Positions 50,922-60,225 of a DNA stretch of 64,000 nt are shown in pieces. A model generated the notes under the pieces. It ran no database searches, was not told where the DNA came from, and was given only the letters and a program-made list of their open reading frames with translations. Positions within the stretch are counted from its first letter, which is position 1; each line of letters opens with the position of its first letter. The stretch covers positions 375-64,374 of the forward strand of contig JAUSPN010000040.1 of NCBI GenBank assembly GCA_030656555.1. Direction: 5' to 3'. The stretch comes from Candidatus Desulfaltia sp. (lineage in GTDB: Bacteria; Desulfobacterota; Desulfobacteria; Desulfobacterales; ETH-SRB1). The translations under genes were made by a program, and so were the position numbers.

Positions 50922-52091
50922 CTAAAATGGCGGTACAATGCTGAATCCGAGAAATCCCACGCTCGTGTACCGAACGCCCACATAGAGCGCCAATACTATA
51001 AAAAGCCTCTTAAGCCAGACTTCCGGAAAGTACTTTGAGGTACGGGGACCGATCATGGAACCAACAAAGATACCGATAAGCTCAACGCCGATCAACGGCC
51101 AGTAAATCATTGTGCCCTTGACGACCATATAGGTGAAGATACTCACTACCATCCCCACCAATACAGTAAGGGCTGATGTGCCGGCCACTATGAACATGGG
51201 CAGGCCCGCGACACTCGTCAGGAACGGAACGAACAGGAAGCCGCCACCCACACCGATAAACGAAGCTATCATTGCGATAAAAAAGCCACCAAGCACAGGT
51301 ATGATGGGACGGAAACTGAACTCCACTCCATAGAAAGTAAAGACTACCCTGCCAAAGCCAAATTTTTTGATCTTAACACCACGTTTTTCATCTTTTTCAG
51401 CTATATCCTTTCCCTTTACGCTTTCTTCAAAGGCCCTGGCTGCTTTTGAAGCTTCCTTCCTTTTTCTCTGCCCCGCTGGAAGCGTTTCCCACAAGAGAAC
51501 AAATGCTACGGCAAACACGCAAAGCCCAAAGTAGCCTATATACGCTTTCAATGAAATCTTGCCTGCTGTCAGGATTGGCACCAGGATGCTGCCCCCGACA
51601 GCGCCAATGGCCAGGCATATGCCGAGAGGCAACACGAGTCTGCCCATTCTATAGTAATTGAGGCTTGAGATGGCCGCGCTCAAACCTACCAGCCACTGGT
51701 TCGACACCCGGATGCTGTCTGTTATCAGTTTGTTAAGGGTTGGTGACGTCTCCTTAAAGGCCTTGCCGTAATTGGCCAGTCCAAAGATCGTAATATGTCC
51801 AACGCCTGCCATGATCCCTCCAAAAGCGCCTACTGTAGAAAAAATCCAGCCTACCCATATGGCCCAAAAAAAGGCTAAAATTAAACTGGGTGATGGCGCT
51901 CCTGGAATCCCTAACCATCCAGGCTTGGCCTTCGGATCAATCTGGCCCTTTTCGGTGCCCTGGGGTGTTTTGGCAATAGCCTCGGTGAGTCTATCCCCGG
52001 CCGCATGAGCTGAGGCAGCAATCAGAATCGGCGATACAAAGAATACGCTTAGAACAAAGATCGCAAAAAATACTTTCAAGTTTTTACTCAT
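50922..52091 (-). CDS. TauE/SafE (TSUP) family exporter
   Basis: Signal-like N-terminus; STVGAFGGIMAG, IGVGGGFLFVPFL, AGTS; multiple TM helices. Confidence 0.88.
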   Translation of the reverse strand: MSKNLKVFFAIFVLSVFFVSPILIAASAHAAGDRLTEAIAKTPQGTEKGQIDPKAKPGWLGIPGAPSPSLILAFFWAIWVGWIFSTVGAFGGIMAGVGHITIFGLANYGKAFKETSPTLNKLITDSIRVSNQWLVGLSAAISSLNYYRMGRLVLPLGICLAIGAVGGSILVPILTAGKISLKAYIGYFGLCVFAVAFVLLWETLPAGQRKRKEASKAARAFEESVKGKDIAEKDEKRGVKIKKFGFGRVVFTFYGVEFSFRPIIPVLGGFFIAMIASFIGVGGGFLFVPFLTSVAGLPMFIVAGTSALTVLVGMVVSIFTYMVVKGTMIYWPLIGVELIGIFVGSMIGPRTSKYFPEVWLKRLFIVLALYVGVRYTSVGFLGFSIVPPF

Positions 52092-52194
52092 TTTTCCTCC
52101 TCACTCCTTTAAATGTTTGAATATTTGAGACCTTTGAAAAATGTTCATGCAGTTATGCAAAGGTCTATCTGTGTGAAACCTTTAGAAAGTTTTT

Positions 52195-52210
52195 TGCAAG
52201 CAATATGCCA
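52195..52210 (-). promoter_or_regulatory. Sigma-54 -24/-12 promoter for the TauE operon
   Basis: TGGCATATTGCTTGCA on the minus strand (GG-N10-GC). Confidence 0.75.
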
Positions 52211-52502
52211 TAGACACTTTTGTCCTGAATAAATCTTTTTAATTCAGCCCTGGTTTAGCTTGATGTTACAATAAAAATCTTTTACTTGGCTGTTATTACT
52301 GAGCATTTGGCAGGGCAATGCTGAAACGGTTTAAAGGAGGATAGTTGTGTATAGAAAGATATATTATTTTTTATAAGAAGTGATATACAGATAACATGAA
52401 GCGTAAGCTGCTAAAAACAGATGACAATTTGGAGGATATATGAAGGTATGATCTATAATTACAAAAGGTTATATGTTATAAAAGGTTTTAGTTGCAGAGC
52501 AG

Positions 52503-53906
52503 TTAATTTCTTGCACTTTTTCTAAATTTAGCTGATTTAATATTGCATTTTTTCATAATCTGTTGCGAAGATTGCTTTTTCAGCTCGCATAGTTGGGCAG
52601 CTCTTGTTACATTGCCGCCTGTTTTCTGCAAGGCTTTAGTTGCATAATTAATATTAAAATCTTGCAAAACCCGCTGTTTTGCCTTTCGATATAGAAGGTC
52701 TTCCTCTTTTTTAAAAGAAAAGCCCTTTTGTTTAGAAGCAATATCCCATCCAATATCAGAAACTTTAACTTTATCGCCAGGCGCCATAACCACCGCTTTC
52801 TTTATAATATTTTCTAATTCCCTTACATTGCCGTTCCAGTCGCTGTCTAAAAATAGCCCCATTAGCTCAGGAGATAGTTGCTTATTTTTCCTGTTAAACT
52901 TTGCGCAATATTTTTTCAGGAAAAATTCAGTCAAAAGGGGTATATCCTCTTTTCGTTCCCTTAATGGAGGCATATTTATGTCAACCACACAGAGCCTGTA
53001 ATAGAGGTCTCTGCGAAATTTGTTTTCCTCCATCCTAACCTTTAAGTTGATATTCGTAGACGCAATAATCCTTACATCAACATGCATTGTCTTAGTACAG
53101 CCAAGTGGTTTAAATTCTTTGTCCTCCGATATCTGCAAAAGTTTTGTCTGGACAGACGGACTGATGTCTCCAATTTCATCAAGAAAGATAGTGCCTCCAT
53201 CAGCCTCTTCAAAAAGTCCTTTCCTGGTTTGAACGGCATTGGTAAAGGCTCCCTTTGTGTAACCAAAAAGTTCACTTTCCAATATGTTTTCCGGGATAGT
53301 AGGACAGTTTATCCGAACATATGGTTTGTTACTGCGATGACTTAATGCATGTATGGCCTTTGCGGCAAGATTCTTGCCGGTGCCTGAGTCTCCGGTAATT
53401 AACACGGCAACATCGGTTTTGCTGATTATCTGTATAGTATCATACACCTTCTGCATGCATAGACTGGCACCAACAAAGTTCTGAAAGGTTTCCTCTTCCC
53501 TGATACGCTCTCGAAGGTTCAGATTCTCTCGCAGTAAGCGGCTCCGTTCCAAAGCCTTTTGCAAAAGATGTATGAGGTGGTCGTGATCAAACGGTTTGGT
53601 AATAAAGTCGTAAGCCCCTTTCTTGATCGATTCCACCGCAACTTCTATAGCGCCGTGCGCTGTCATCATGATTACCGTGAGCCATTGGTCGAGCTGTTTG
53701 ATCCGTTCAAGAAGTTCAATCCCGTTCATGCCCGACATGCGTATATCCACAAGGGCGAGATCAAACGGTTTTTGTTCAACAAGGCGGAAGGCCTCTTCAC
53801 CGCTTAAAGCTGTTTCGATCTCGCAGTCAATATGCTGTGGGATAGATCTACTCAGAAGCTTAAGCATATCTATTTCATCATCAACAATTAAGATTCTTGT
53901 TTTCAT
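52503..53906 (-). CDS. Sigma-54-dependent response regulator (NtrC family)
   Basis: REC domain, GDSGTGKNLAA, ESELFG, GAFTNA, WNGNVRELEN, HTH. Confidence 0.94.
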   Translation of the reverse strand: MKTRILIVDDEIDMLKLLSRSIPQHIDCEIETALSGEEAFRLVEQKPFDLALVDIRMSGMNGIELLERIKQLDQWLTVIMMTAHGAIEVAVESIKKGAYDFITKPFDHDHLIHLLQKALERSRLLRENLNLRERIREEETFQNFVGASLCMQKVYDTIQIISKTDVAVLITGDSGTGKNLAAKAIHALSHRSNKPYVRINCPTIPENILESELFGYTKGAFTNAVQTRKGLFEEADGGTIFLDEIGDISPSVQTKLLQISEDKEFKPLGCTKTMHVDVRIIASTNINLKVRMEENKFRRDLYYRLCVVDINMPPLRERKEDIPLLTEFFLKKYCAKFNRKNKQLSPELMGLFLDSDWNGNVRELENIIKKAVVMAPGDKVKVSDIGWDIASKQKGFSFKKEEDLLYRKAKQRVLQDFNINYATKALQKTGGNVTRAAQLCELKKQSSQQIMKKCNIKSAKFRKSARN

Positions 53907-55888
53907 AGTGTTGTATTGTCATAAACAGGAAGCGTAACAATAAATGTCGCTCCATTTCCAGGCTCACTTTGCACAGAAATTTCACCGTTATGTTCCTTAA
54001 TAATTCCATAGCTTACTGAAAGGCCAAGGCCTGTGCCCAGACCGGTCGGCTTGGTAGTAAAAAATGGATCAAATATCTTGTTGATAATATTAGTCGGAAT
54101 GCCGGAGCCGCTATCTTCAACGATAACACATACCCTGTTATGGTTTGGCGCAAATGTCTTAATAGTAATATCTCCGGATTCTGATATTGCCTGCCTGGCA
54201 TTCATTAAAAGGTTCATAAAGACCTGTTTGAGTTTTTCCTCGTCTCCAGTGACAGGTTGTATGCTTTCATCAAGAACTGTTACAAGACTTACATTGTCAA
54301 GTTCGAATTGATGTCTGATAACGGCAATTATATTTTTGATGGTCTGGTTTATATTTATCGCTATTTTTTGTGTTTCCGTTTTTCTGGCAAAATTCAGCAG
54401 GGCTTCAACAATTATTTTGCAATTACATGTTTGCTTTTCTATTGTTTTAAGGTCTTCAAATACTTGAGGACCTTTAGATTCACCACGCATCAAAAGCTGT
54501 GTGTATCCAAGAATCAGGCCGAGCGGATTATTGATTTCATGGGCTATTCCCGCAGAAAGCTGGCCAAGAGAGGCCAGCTTATCGGCCTGAAGCAACTGCT
54601 GCTTCATATCTTTCCATATAGTGATATCCTTTATTATCCCTTCATGTCTAAGTATCTGACCTGTTTCGTCTTTTTGAGCCGTGCTGCTGAAAAGAGCTTG
54701 AAGTTCACAACCGTTTTTTGTCTTTAATTTATATTCCATGTCTTTGATAAATCCTTTAGACCCGATTTCATTAAGCATGTTTTCATAATGCTCAGTCTCG
54801 ACAAAGAGATCGGCCAGATTCACGGATTGAAGGAAGTCTTCTCTGGTGTCATAGCCAAGCATTTCAATGCCGGCCCGGTTGATATCTATAAAGCGGCCAT
54901 GGTTGCCGGCTATAAATATCAGGTCTATAGAGCCTTCGAATATTCGGCGATACCTCTTTTCGGATTTTTCTATAGTTTCTGCTGATTGTTTTAATTGCGT
55001 TATATTGTTTTTCAAGGTCAGGGCCATGGCATCAAAGGCCTCTGCCATTTCCTGGATCTCGTCACCCGATAGCCTGGAATATACCTCACAGGTCCGGCAG
55101 CTAATAATTTTTTTTGCATATTTACCGTCAATGCAATTCGGGCACATGGTGCCCGCAAGATACCAGCAGCGCCTGCGCCTGTCACCATAAGCAGAGCATG
55201 CCTCTCTGTTGCAGCTCATGATTTCCCAGCAGTTTTTGTTCAACAATGGGGCTGTCTGGATATCCAGATCGCCGCTTAATGCTTTTTCAGATGCCTGGCG
55301 CAGCTTTTTTACTCTTTTTGTAACCTGATCGGCAAAACCTGCCCCAACAAGACCGGCAATAAGTATTGTCAATCCGGTTAATAGAAAGATCGTTCCCAAT
55401 AGATCTTTGATCGTTTGTTCAATTCTTGTTCTTGAAAGACCCAGCCGCACAGTTCCAAGCCGGTGATTTTCTATGAACACAGGCGCAGCAACATCGTAAA
55501 TCAGATATTCTCCGGTATCCAGGAGCCTGATGCTGTAATCCTGATCTTTTGAAACACTGTTCGCTTTTTTAAGCTCGACTGGAAAGCCTTCCTGAAATGT
55601 GTGAGCCAGGGTCTGTCCATTTTGATCAAGTATAAATGCGTATGGAATATCATCGCCTGAATCAGAGACTTCATCGATCAGATCCTTCATGCGAAGGAAA
55701 TCCACAGCCAGAATCGGGTCCTGGGCTCGGGCGGCGAGGTTTAAGGCAATGGATATTCCTCTGTGTTTACACTCGGTCGATAATGCTTCTGCAACTATTA
55801 TTCTCACAGACAGAGCCATCAGCAGCCCTGAGAGCAGAACTATGGAAATGATGCCGGTGTAAACTTTTCCTCTAAAGCTAAATTTCAT
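53903..55888 (-). CDS. Membrane histidine kinase: HAMP with 8-Cys insert, PAS, HisKA, HATPase
   Basis: Two TM helices; CWEIMSC...CWYLAGTMC...CRTC; HEINNP, MNARQA, DSGSG, GTGLG. Confidence 0.92.
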   Translation of the reverse strand: MKFSFRGKVYTGIISIVLLSGLLMALSVRIIVAEALSTECKHRGISIALNLAARAQDPILAVDFLRMKDLIDEVSDSGDDIPYAFILDQNGQTLAHTFQEGFPVELKKANSVSKDQDYSIRLLDTGEYLIYDVAAPVFIENHRLGTVRLGLSRTRIEQTIKDLLGTIFLLTGLTILIAGLVGAGFADQVTKRVKKLRQASEKALSGDLDIQTAPLLNKNCWEIMSCNREACSAYGDRRRRCWYLAGTMCPNCIDGKYAKKIISCRTCEVYSRLSGDEIQEMAEAFDAMALTLKNNITQLKQSAETIEKSEKRYRRIFEGSIDLIFIAGNHGRFIDINRAGIEMLGYDTREDFLQSVNLADLFVETEHYENMLNEIGSKGFIKDMEYKLKTKNGCELQALFSSTAQKDETGQILRHEGIIKDITIWKDMKQQLLQADKLASLGQLSAGIAHEINNPLGLILGYTQLLMRGESKGPQVFEDLKTIEKQTCNCKIIVEALLNFARKTETQKIAININQTIKNIIAVIRHQFELDNVSLVTVLDESIQPVTGDEEKLKQVFMNLLMNARQAISESGDITIKTFAPNHNRVCVIVEDSGSGIPTNIINKIFDPFFTTKPTGLGTGLGLSVSYGIIKEHNGEISVQSEPGNGATFIVTLPVYDNTTL

Positions 55889-55893
55889 TTTGC

Positions 55894-56820
55894 TTATCTA
55901 TCCAGATCAATTCCCAACCCTGTCAACAGGTTTCTAACAGAATTAAATTCCGAATCTTTAGAGTGAGCAACACCTGTGATATCGGCCATATCGAGTATTT
56001 TTCTATGTTCAGGGTTATCATAATTTAGCCTCAAGAGAGCATCTCTTATCCTGCCGACAATTTCCGGGTCGAGTTCTCGCCGCGAAGCATATACCCAACC
56101 AGGATACCATTTACTGTGTGCAACAACCCTGATCTGACCTATGTCGATCTTGTCGGCCACAACATTCAGCGTCCCTTCCCGAATGGAGCCTATGTCATAT
56201 TTGCCCGCATATACGGCAAGGACCACTTTTTCCTGTTTACCACCCGGACCTGGAGAAAAGGCGATTTCAGCAAAGTCTTTTTTGGTAATGCCGTGGTCAT
56301 AAAAATGCCCCAACGGATAAAGATATCCACCGGCAGATGATGGATCAACAGCAATCCAGCGCTTGCCTTTGCAATCTTCAAGCGTTTTTATCTTCTTATT
56401 GTCAGAGCGGCATATGATCTGTCCTCTAAAGTTTTTCTTGCCGTAAACTTCTATCACCTGCGCAAAGGCGCCGGCTCCACAGCGATGGGCAATCTTTACG
56501 TAAACACAGGGATTGGAAAACGAAATATCTATCTTGCCCTGCTCTACCATCCTCATGTGTTCGTCAAAGGTGTCAGGAAATACCTGTTTAATGTTAAGCC
56601 CTGTTTCCTTTTTAAGATACTCTATCAGCAAGTAATGTCTTTGATAGGAAACAGTGTGTGAATATTGCGGCAGATAGGCATATGTAATCGCATTTTCTGC
56701 CTCTTTTACATATACTGCTTCCCGTTTGCTCAGGTCAATTTTTTGAACCAATTCGTCTTCAAAGCAGCCACAAAACAAAAAGTTTGTTAATAAAAGTATT
56801 ATTGAAATCCCTTTTTTCAT
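55894..56820 (-). CDS. PhnD/SsuA-like periplasmic oxyanion-binding lipoprotein
   Basis: Lipobox-like LFCGC; YLPQYS, FSNPCVY, DPSSAGGY, YDIGSIRE; start placed at ATG 56820. Confidence 0.85.
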   Translation of the reverse strand: MKKGISIILLLTNFLFCGCFEDELVQKIDLSKREAVYVKEAENAITYAYLPQYSHTVSYQRHYLLIEYLKKETGLNIKQVFPDTFDEHMRMVEQGKIDISFSNPCVYVKIAHRCGAGAFAQVIEVYGKKNFRGQIICRSDNKKIKTLEDCKGKRWIAVDPSSAGGYLYPLGHFYDHGITKKDFAEIAFSPGPGGKQEKVVLAVYAGKYDIGSIREGTLNVVADKIDIGQIRVVAHSKWYPGWVYASRRELDPEIVGRIRDALLRLNYDNPEHRKILDMADITGVAHSKDSEFNSVRNLLTGLGIDLDR

Positions 56821-57112
56821 AATTATTATCCGTTGAACTGCAATGGTGAGCAAATTAAACAGTTTCTATGCAGAATATGTCCAAATGTCAAGATGATTGA
56901 CCTCATGGTGCAATTTTTATATTGCAGAACAATAGTATTATTTTAGCATTATGTATTTCATTAATATCATAGGATAAATATTTACTATCCTCTTTCAACT
57001 GTCACTGTAATATTGCATTCAAAACCTAATTTATAAAACTATTTTCAATACATATCATAAAATTAGCGTATAACCTACTGTAATAGTAATATAAATCACG
57101 CATGCCAACAAT

Positions 57113-57128
57113 CGGCACTCTTTTTGCA
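57113..57128 (+). promoter_or_regulatory. Sigma-54 -24/-12 promoter for the oxidoreductase operon
   Basis: CGGCACTCTTTTTGCA (GG-N10-GC), 50 nt before the ATG. Confidence 0.72.
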
Positions 57129-57178
57129 ATTGTTTTTAGTAGTTGGTCTATACTAATTAACCTATAGAGAGTAAAAAT

Positions 57179-59977
57179 ATGCAAGACAGTAAATCAATAA
57201 AGGCAACGGCAAAGGCGCTTCAATTTCTATCCACCTTGTATCGTGACGAAATACCTCTTGATTTAGTAAGCATGATGCAAAAAGCCGATTTTACAGAAAA
57301 GCTTTCCGGCGCTGCAAAGGAATCAGGTGCCGGCATTTTTGAGGAAGCTGTTTCTCAGATAACCTCATTTTTGAACGCCGGCAACAAAGAAAAGGTTTAT
57401 AAAGAACTAAGCTACGAGTATGCTGATCTATTCCTGAACGCCGGGGCAAACCCGGTTTTCCCCTATGAATCCGTTCATGTAAGTAAAGAACCGGTTGTAA
57501 TGCAAGCGCCTGTTTTCGAACTGCGCAAGGCTTTTTATAAGGCCGGCGTACACAAATCTGAAGACTACAAAGATCTTGATGAGCACATTGCCGTGGAGAT
57601 AGAATTCCTAAGATATCTTCTGGACATGGAAATGACAGACAAATACACCGAATTTTTCAAAGACAGGTTCTTAGCCTGGGTGCCCTCTTTTTGCGAACAG
57701 CTTGAAAATTGCGCTCAAACCGATTTCTACAAAGGCCTGGCCAAACTTACCCGGGCGGTTATTGAGTGTTCCATGACTACCCTGTCTGAATCTGCAGGAG
57801 ATGCTGAAAAAGCTATAAATAGTTTAGCTGCTTCTGTAGGCGAGCTGAATTTAGATTCAGGATATGTTACCCTAACTGAAGGATCTGTTGAGCCTGAACC
57901 GGCAAAGAATATCCCGAGCCATTGTTACACCTGCGGCGCTCTTTGCGGAATGGTGGCAAACCTAAAGGACGGTATACTTGTAAAAACTTCCGGCCTTCCC
58001 GGAGATCCCAAGGGAGGCGGAAGGCTCTGTCCCAAAGGAGCTTCCGCAAACAAACATCTCTACTCCCCTTACAGATTAAAAAGCCCTATGATAAAGGAAA
58101 ATGGTCGTTTCCGCAAGGCAAGCTGGGATGAAGCCCTGGATAGAGTGGTCCAGGGAATTAAGAGCATTGAGCAGGGTAAACTTGGCTATTTCAGAGGTAA
58201 TGACTATGTAAACTGGATACATGAAGCCCTCTTTGACCATCTCGGCTGCCCCAAAGGCACTCACAGGACAATGTGCGACAACTCCAACCGCATGGCAAAC
58301 GAGCATAATTTAAATGACAAACGCCCCTGGATAAACTATCAAGAATCGGATTATATTATTCATTTTGGGATAAATGAACTCGCAACATCAATCGGTCAAC
58401 GCAAAACGGCCGAATTTAGAGAGGCGATCAAAAACCGTGCAAAACTTGTTGTCTTTGATCCGAGAAAATCCGAAACAGCTTCTTCCGCAACTGAGTGGAT
58501 ACAGATAAAACCGTCAACAGATGGCGCCGTGGCAATGGCCATGTGTTATGTTATCATTAAAAATGATCTGTATGATAAAGAATTTGTGGCCGACTGGACT
58601 TACGGATTTGAAGAATTTAAAAAGAGAGTTTTAGGAGAAGAGGATGGCGTTGCCCGCACCCCTGAGTGGGCCGAAAAGATAAGCGGCGTTCCAGCCAAAA
58701 CCATTGAGCGTATTGCTGTTGAATTCGCCGGCTCTAAAAATAAAGGCGTAATCTCGTGGGCCGGAGTTGCCCAGGGGCCAAACTCAATGTATGCCACAGC
58801 CGCTATTCAGGCATTAAACGGTCTCTGCGGCGCCTTTGACGCGCCAGGCGGCCCTTCACTGCCTTTTAAACGCAAGCTGAAGTCTGCCTGGGGGGAGGGC
58901 CAGGAAAAACCGCCAAAGACACCAGCCCCCAAACTCGACAAATTTGGCCTCTGGTCAGGCTGGGCGCCGGCAAACATGTTGGCCGATGTTGAAGCTGGAA
59001 AGCTTAAAGGGATGATCACATATTTTGGCGATCCTGTATTATCAGCCGGCAACCAGGAAGCCATCACCAAGGCTATTGAGATGATGGGGTTTAATGCAAT
59101 TATCGAGGCTTACATGTGCAACACAGCTCTCCTCTGCGACGTTATTCTCCCTGATGCCACATGGATGGAGCAGGCACAGATCAAACCGGACTGGCTTTAC
59201 GACGCCTTTATCGGCTACTATGCCGAAGTGGTAAAGCCGATGTACAACACAAAGCCCATATGGAAAATAATTGTCGAGCTGGCCGGCAAACTAAATCTTG
59301 GACACTTCTTCCCATGGGAAAACATCGAAGAGGCATTCCGCAATCAGATGGCAGGTCTCCCATGGTCTTTTGATGAACTAAAAGAAAAAGGATTTATTAT
59401 CACCGACGAAGCTGAATATTATAAATATAAAAAGTGGGGCTCACTCAACCCACCTGAAGGTTATGGATCATCAGGTAATACAAAAACCGGAAAATATAAC
59501 TTCCTGAACCCAGTGGCCCGGGAAAAAGGCATAGACCCGCTTCCTGACTATAAAGAACCGGATAAAGAGTTCCAGCCGGATGAAGAATATCCCTTTATCT
59601 TCGGCAACTTCAGAGTTCTTGGGCACGAACACTCTTCAACATTCAACAATTACTATCTCATGAAGCAATATAGCACAAATCCACTCTGGATCAATATGCT
59701 TGACGCTCAGAAACTGGGAATAACCGAAGGGGACAGGGTAAAGCTCAAGTCTCCATGGGGCGAGGTCGATATGGTGGCCAACCCAACATGGCGCATTATG
59801 AGCGGAGTTCTGGCAACTGCCGGAGGTTTCGGCCATATCCGGGGCATAGAGGGTGATCCAAAGTATCCGCAGTTCGGCGGGGTAAACACTCCAGGCATTA
59901 TGAAGCCTAACACAACCGAAGAAATCGGCGGCACCCCCCTGCGCAAGTATATAAAAACCAAAGTTGTAAAATTATAG
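57179..59977 (+). CDS. TorD/DmsD chaperone fused to a Mo/W-bisPGD oxidoreductase (PsrA/PhsA-like)
   Basis: PYES and DEHIAVEIEF chaperone motifs; CYTCGALC...LCPKG 4Fe-4S; HRTMCD Cys ligand; DVILPDATWME; molydopterin-binding C-terminal domain. Confidence 0.88.
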   Translation: MQDSKSIKATAKALQFLSTLYRDEIPLDLVSMMQKADFTEKLSGAAKESGAGIFEEAVSQITSFLNAGNKEKVYKELSYEYADLFLNAGANPVFPYESVHVSKEPVVMQAPVFELRKAFYKAGVHKSEDYKDLDEHIAVEIEFLRYLLDMEMTDKYTEFFKDRFLAWVPSFCEQLENCAQTDFYKGLAKLTRAVIECSMTTLSESAGDAEKAINSLAASVGELNLDSGYVTLTEGSVEPEPAKNIPSHCYTCGALCGMVANLKDGILVKTSGLPGDPKGGGRLCPKGASANKHLYSPYRLKSPMIKENGRFRKASWDEALDRVVQGIKSIEQGKLGYFRGNDYVNWIHEALFDHLGCPKGTHRTMCDNSNRMANEHNLNDKRPWINYQESDYIIHFGINELATSIGQRKTAEFREAIKNRAKLVVFDPRKSETASSATEWIQIKPSTDGAVAMAMCYVIIKNDLYDKEFVADWTYGFEEFKKRVLGEEDGVARTPEWAEKISGVPAKTIERIAVEFAGSKNKGVISWAGVAQGPNSMYATAAIQALNGLCGAFDAPGGPSLPFKRKLKSAWGEGQEKPPKTPAPKLDKFGLWSGWAPANMLADVEAGKLKGMITYFGDPVLSAGNQEAITKAIEMMGFNAIIEAYMCNTALLCDVILPDATWMEQAQIKPDWLYDAFIGYYAEVVKPMYNTKPIWKIIVELAGKLNLGHFFPWENIEEAFRNQMAGLPWSFDELKEKGFIITDEAEYYKYKKWGSLNPPEGYGSSGNTKTGKYNFLNPVAREKGIDPLPDYKEPDKEFQPDEEYPFIFGNFRVLGHEHSSTFNNYYLMKQYSTNPLWINMLDAQKLGITEGDRVKLKSPWGEVDMVANPTWRIMSGVLATAGGFGHIRGIEGDPKYPQFGGVNTPGIMKPNTTEEIGGTPLRKYIKTKVVKL

Positions 59978-60020
59978 TATTGAAGGATTTGCAAAAAAAA
60001 TTATATTTTATGGGCAACAT

Positions 60021-60194
60021 TGATGAATTCGTAAAAAGTCCCTTTAGCCTGTCATTTCGAGTGAAACGAGAAATCCTTGTTTCGACGACAGGAGAAATCT
60101 TGCTGCAACCTATTGAAAAGATAAGATTTCTCCCTGTGGTCGAAATGACACAAATGACACATTCGATGAATCCGACTTTTTACGAGTTCATCAA
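60021..60194. mobile_element. MITE-like element: 21-bp terminal IRs around a REP-like palindrome
   Basis: TTGATGAATTCGTAAAAAGTC / GACTTTTTACGAGTTCATCAA; inner GTCATTTCGA/TCGAAATGAC and GGAGAAATCT/AGATTTCTCC. Confidence 0.8.
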
Positions 60195-60225
60195 CATTGA
60201 GTAATTTTGGGAAAAGGAGAACTCT

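Noticed and set aside
57179-59977. Selenocysteine at the Mo ligand of the oxidoreductase
   Set aside because: The frame is uninterrupted and the ligand position is Cys (TGC in HRTMCD)
59980-60204. 74-aa ORF between the oxidoreductase and the cytochrome
   Set aside because: It is a translation of the MITE-like repeat, with no protein features
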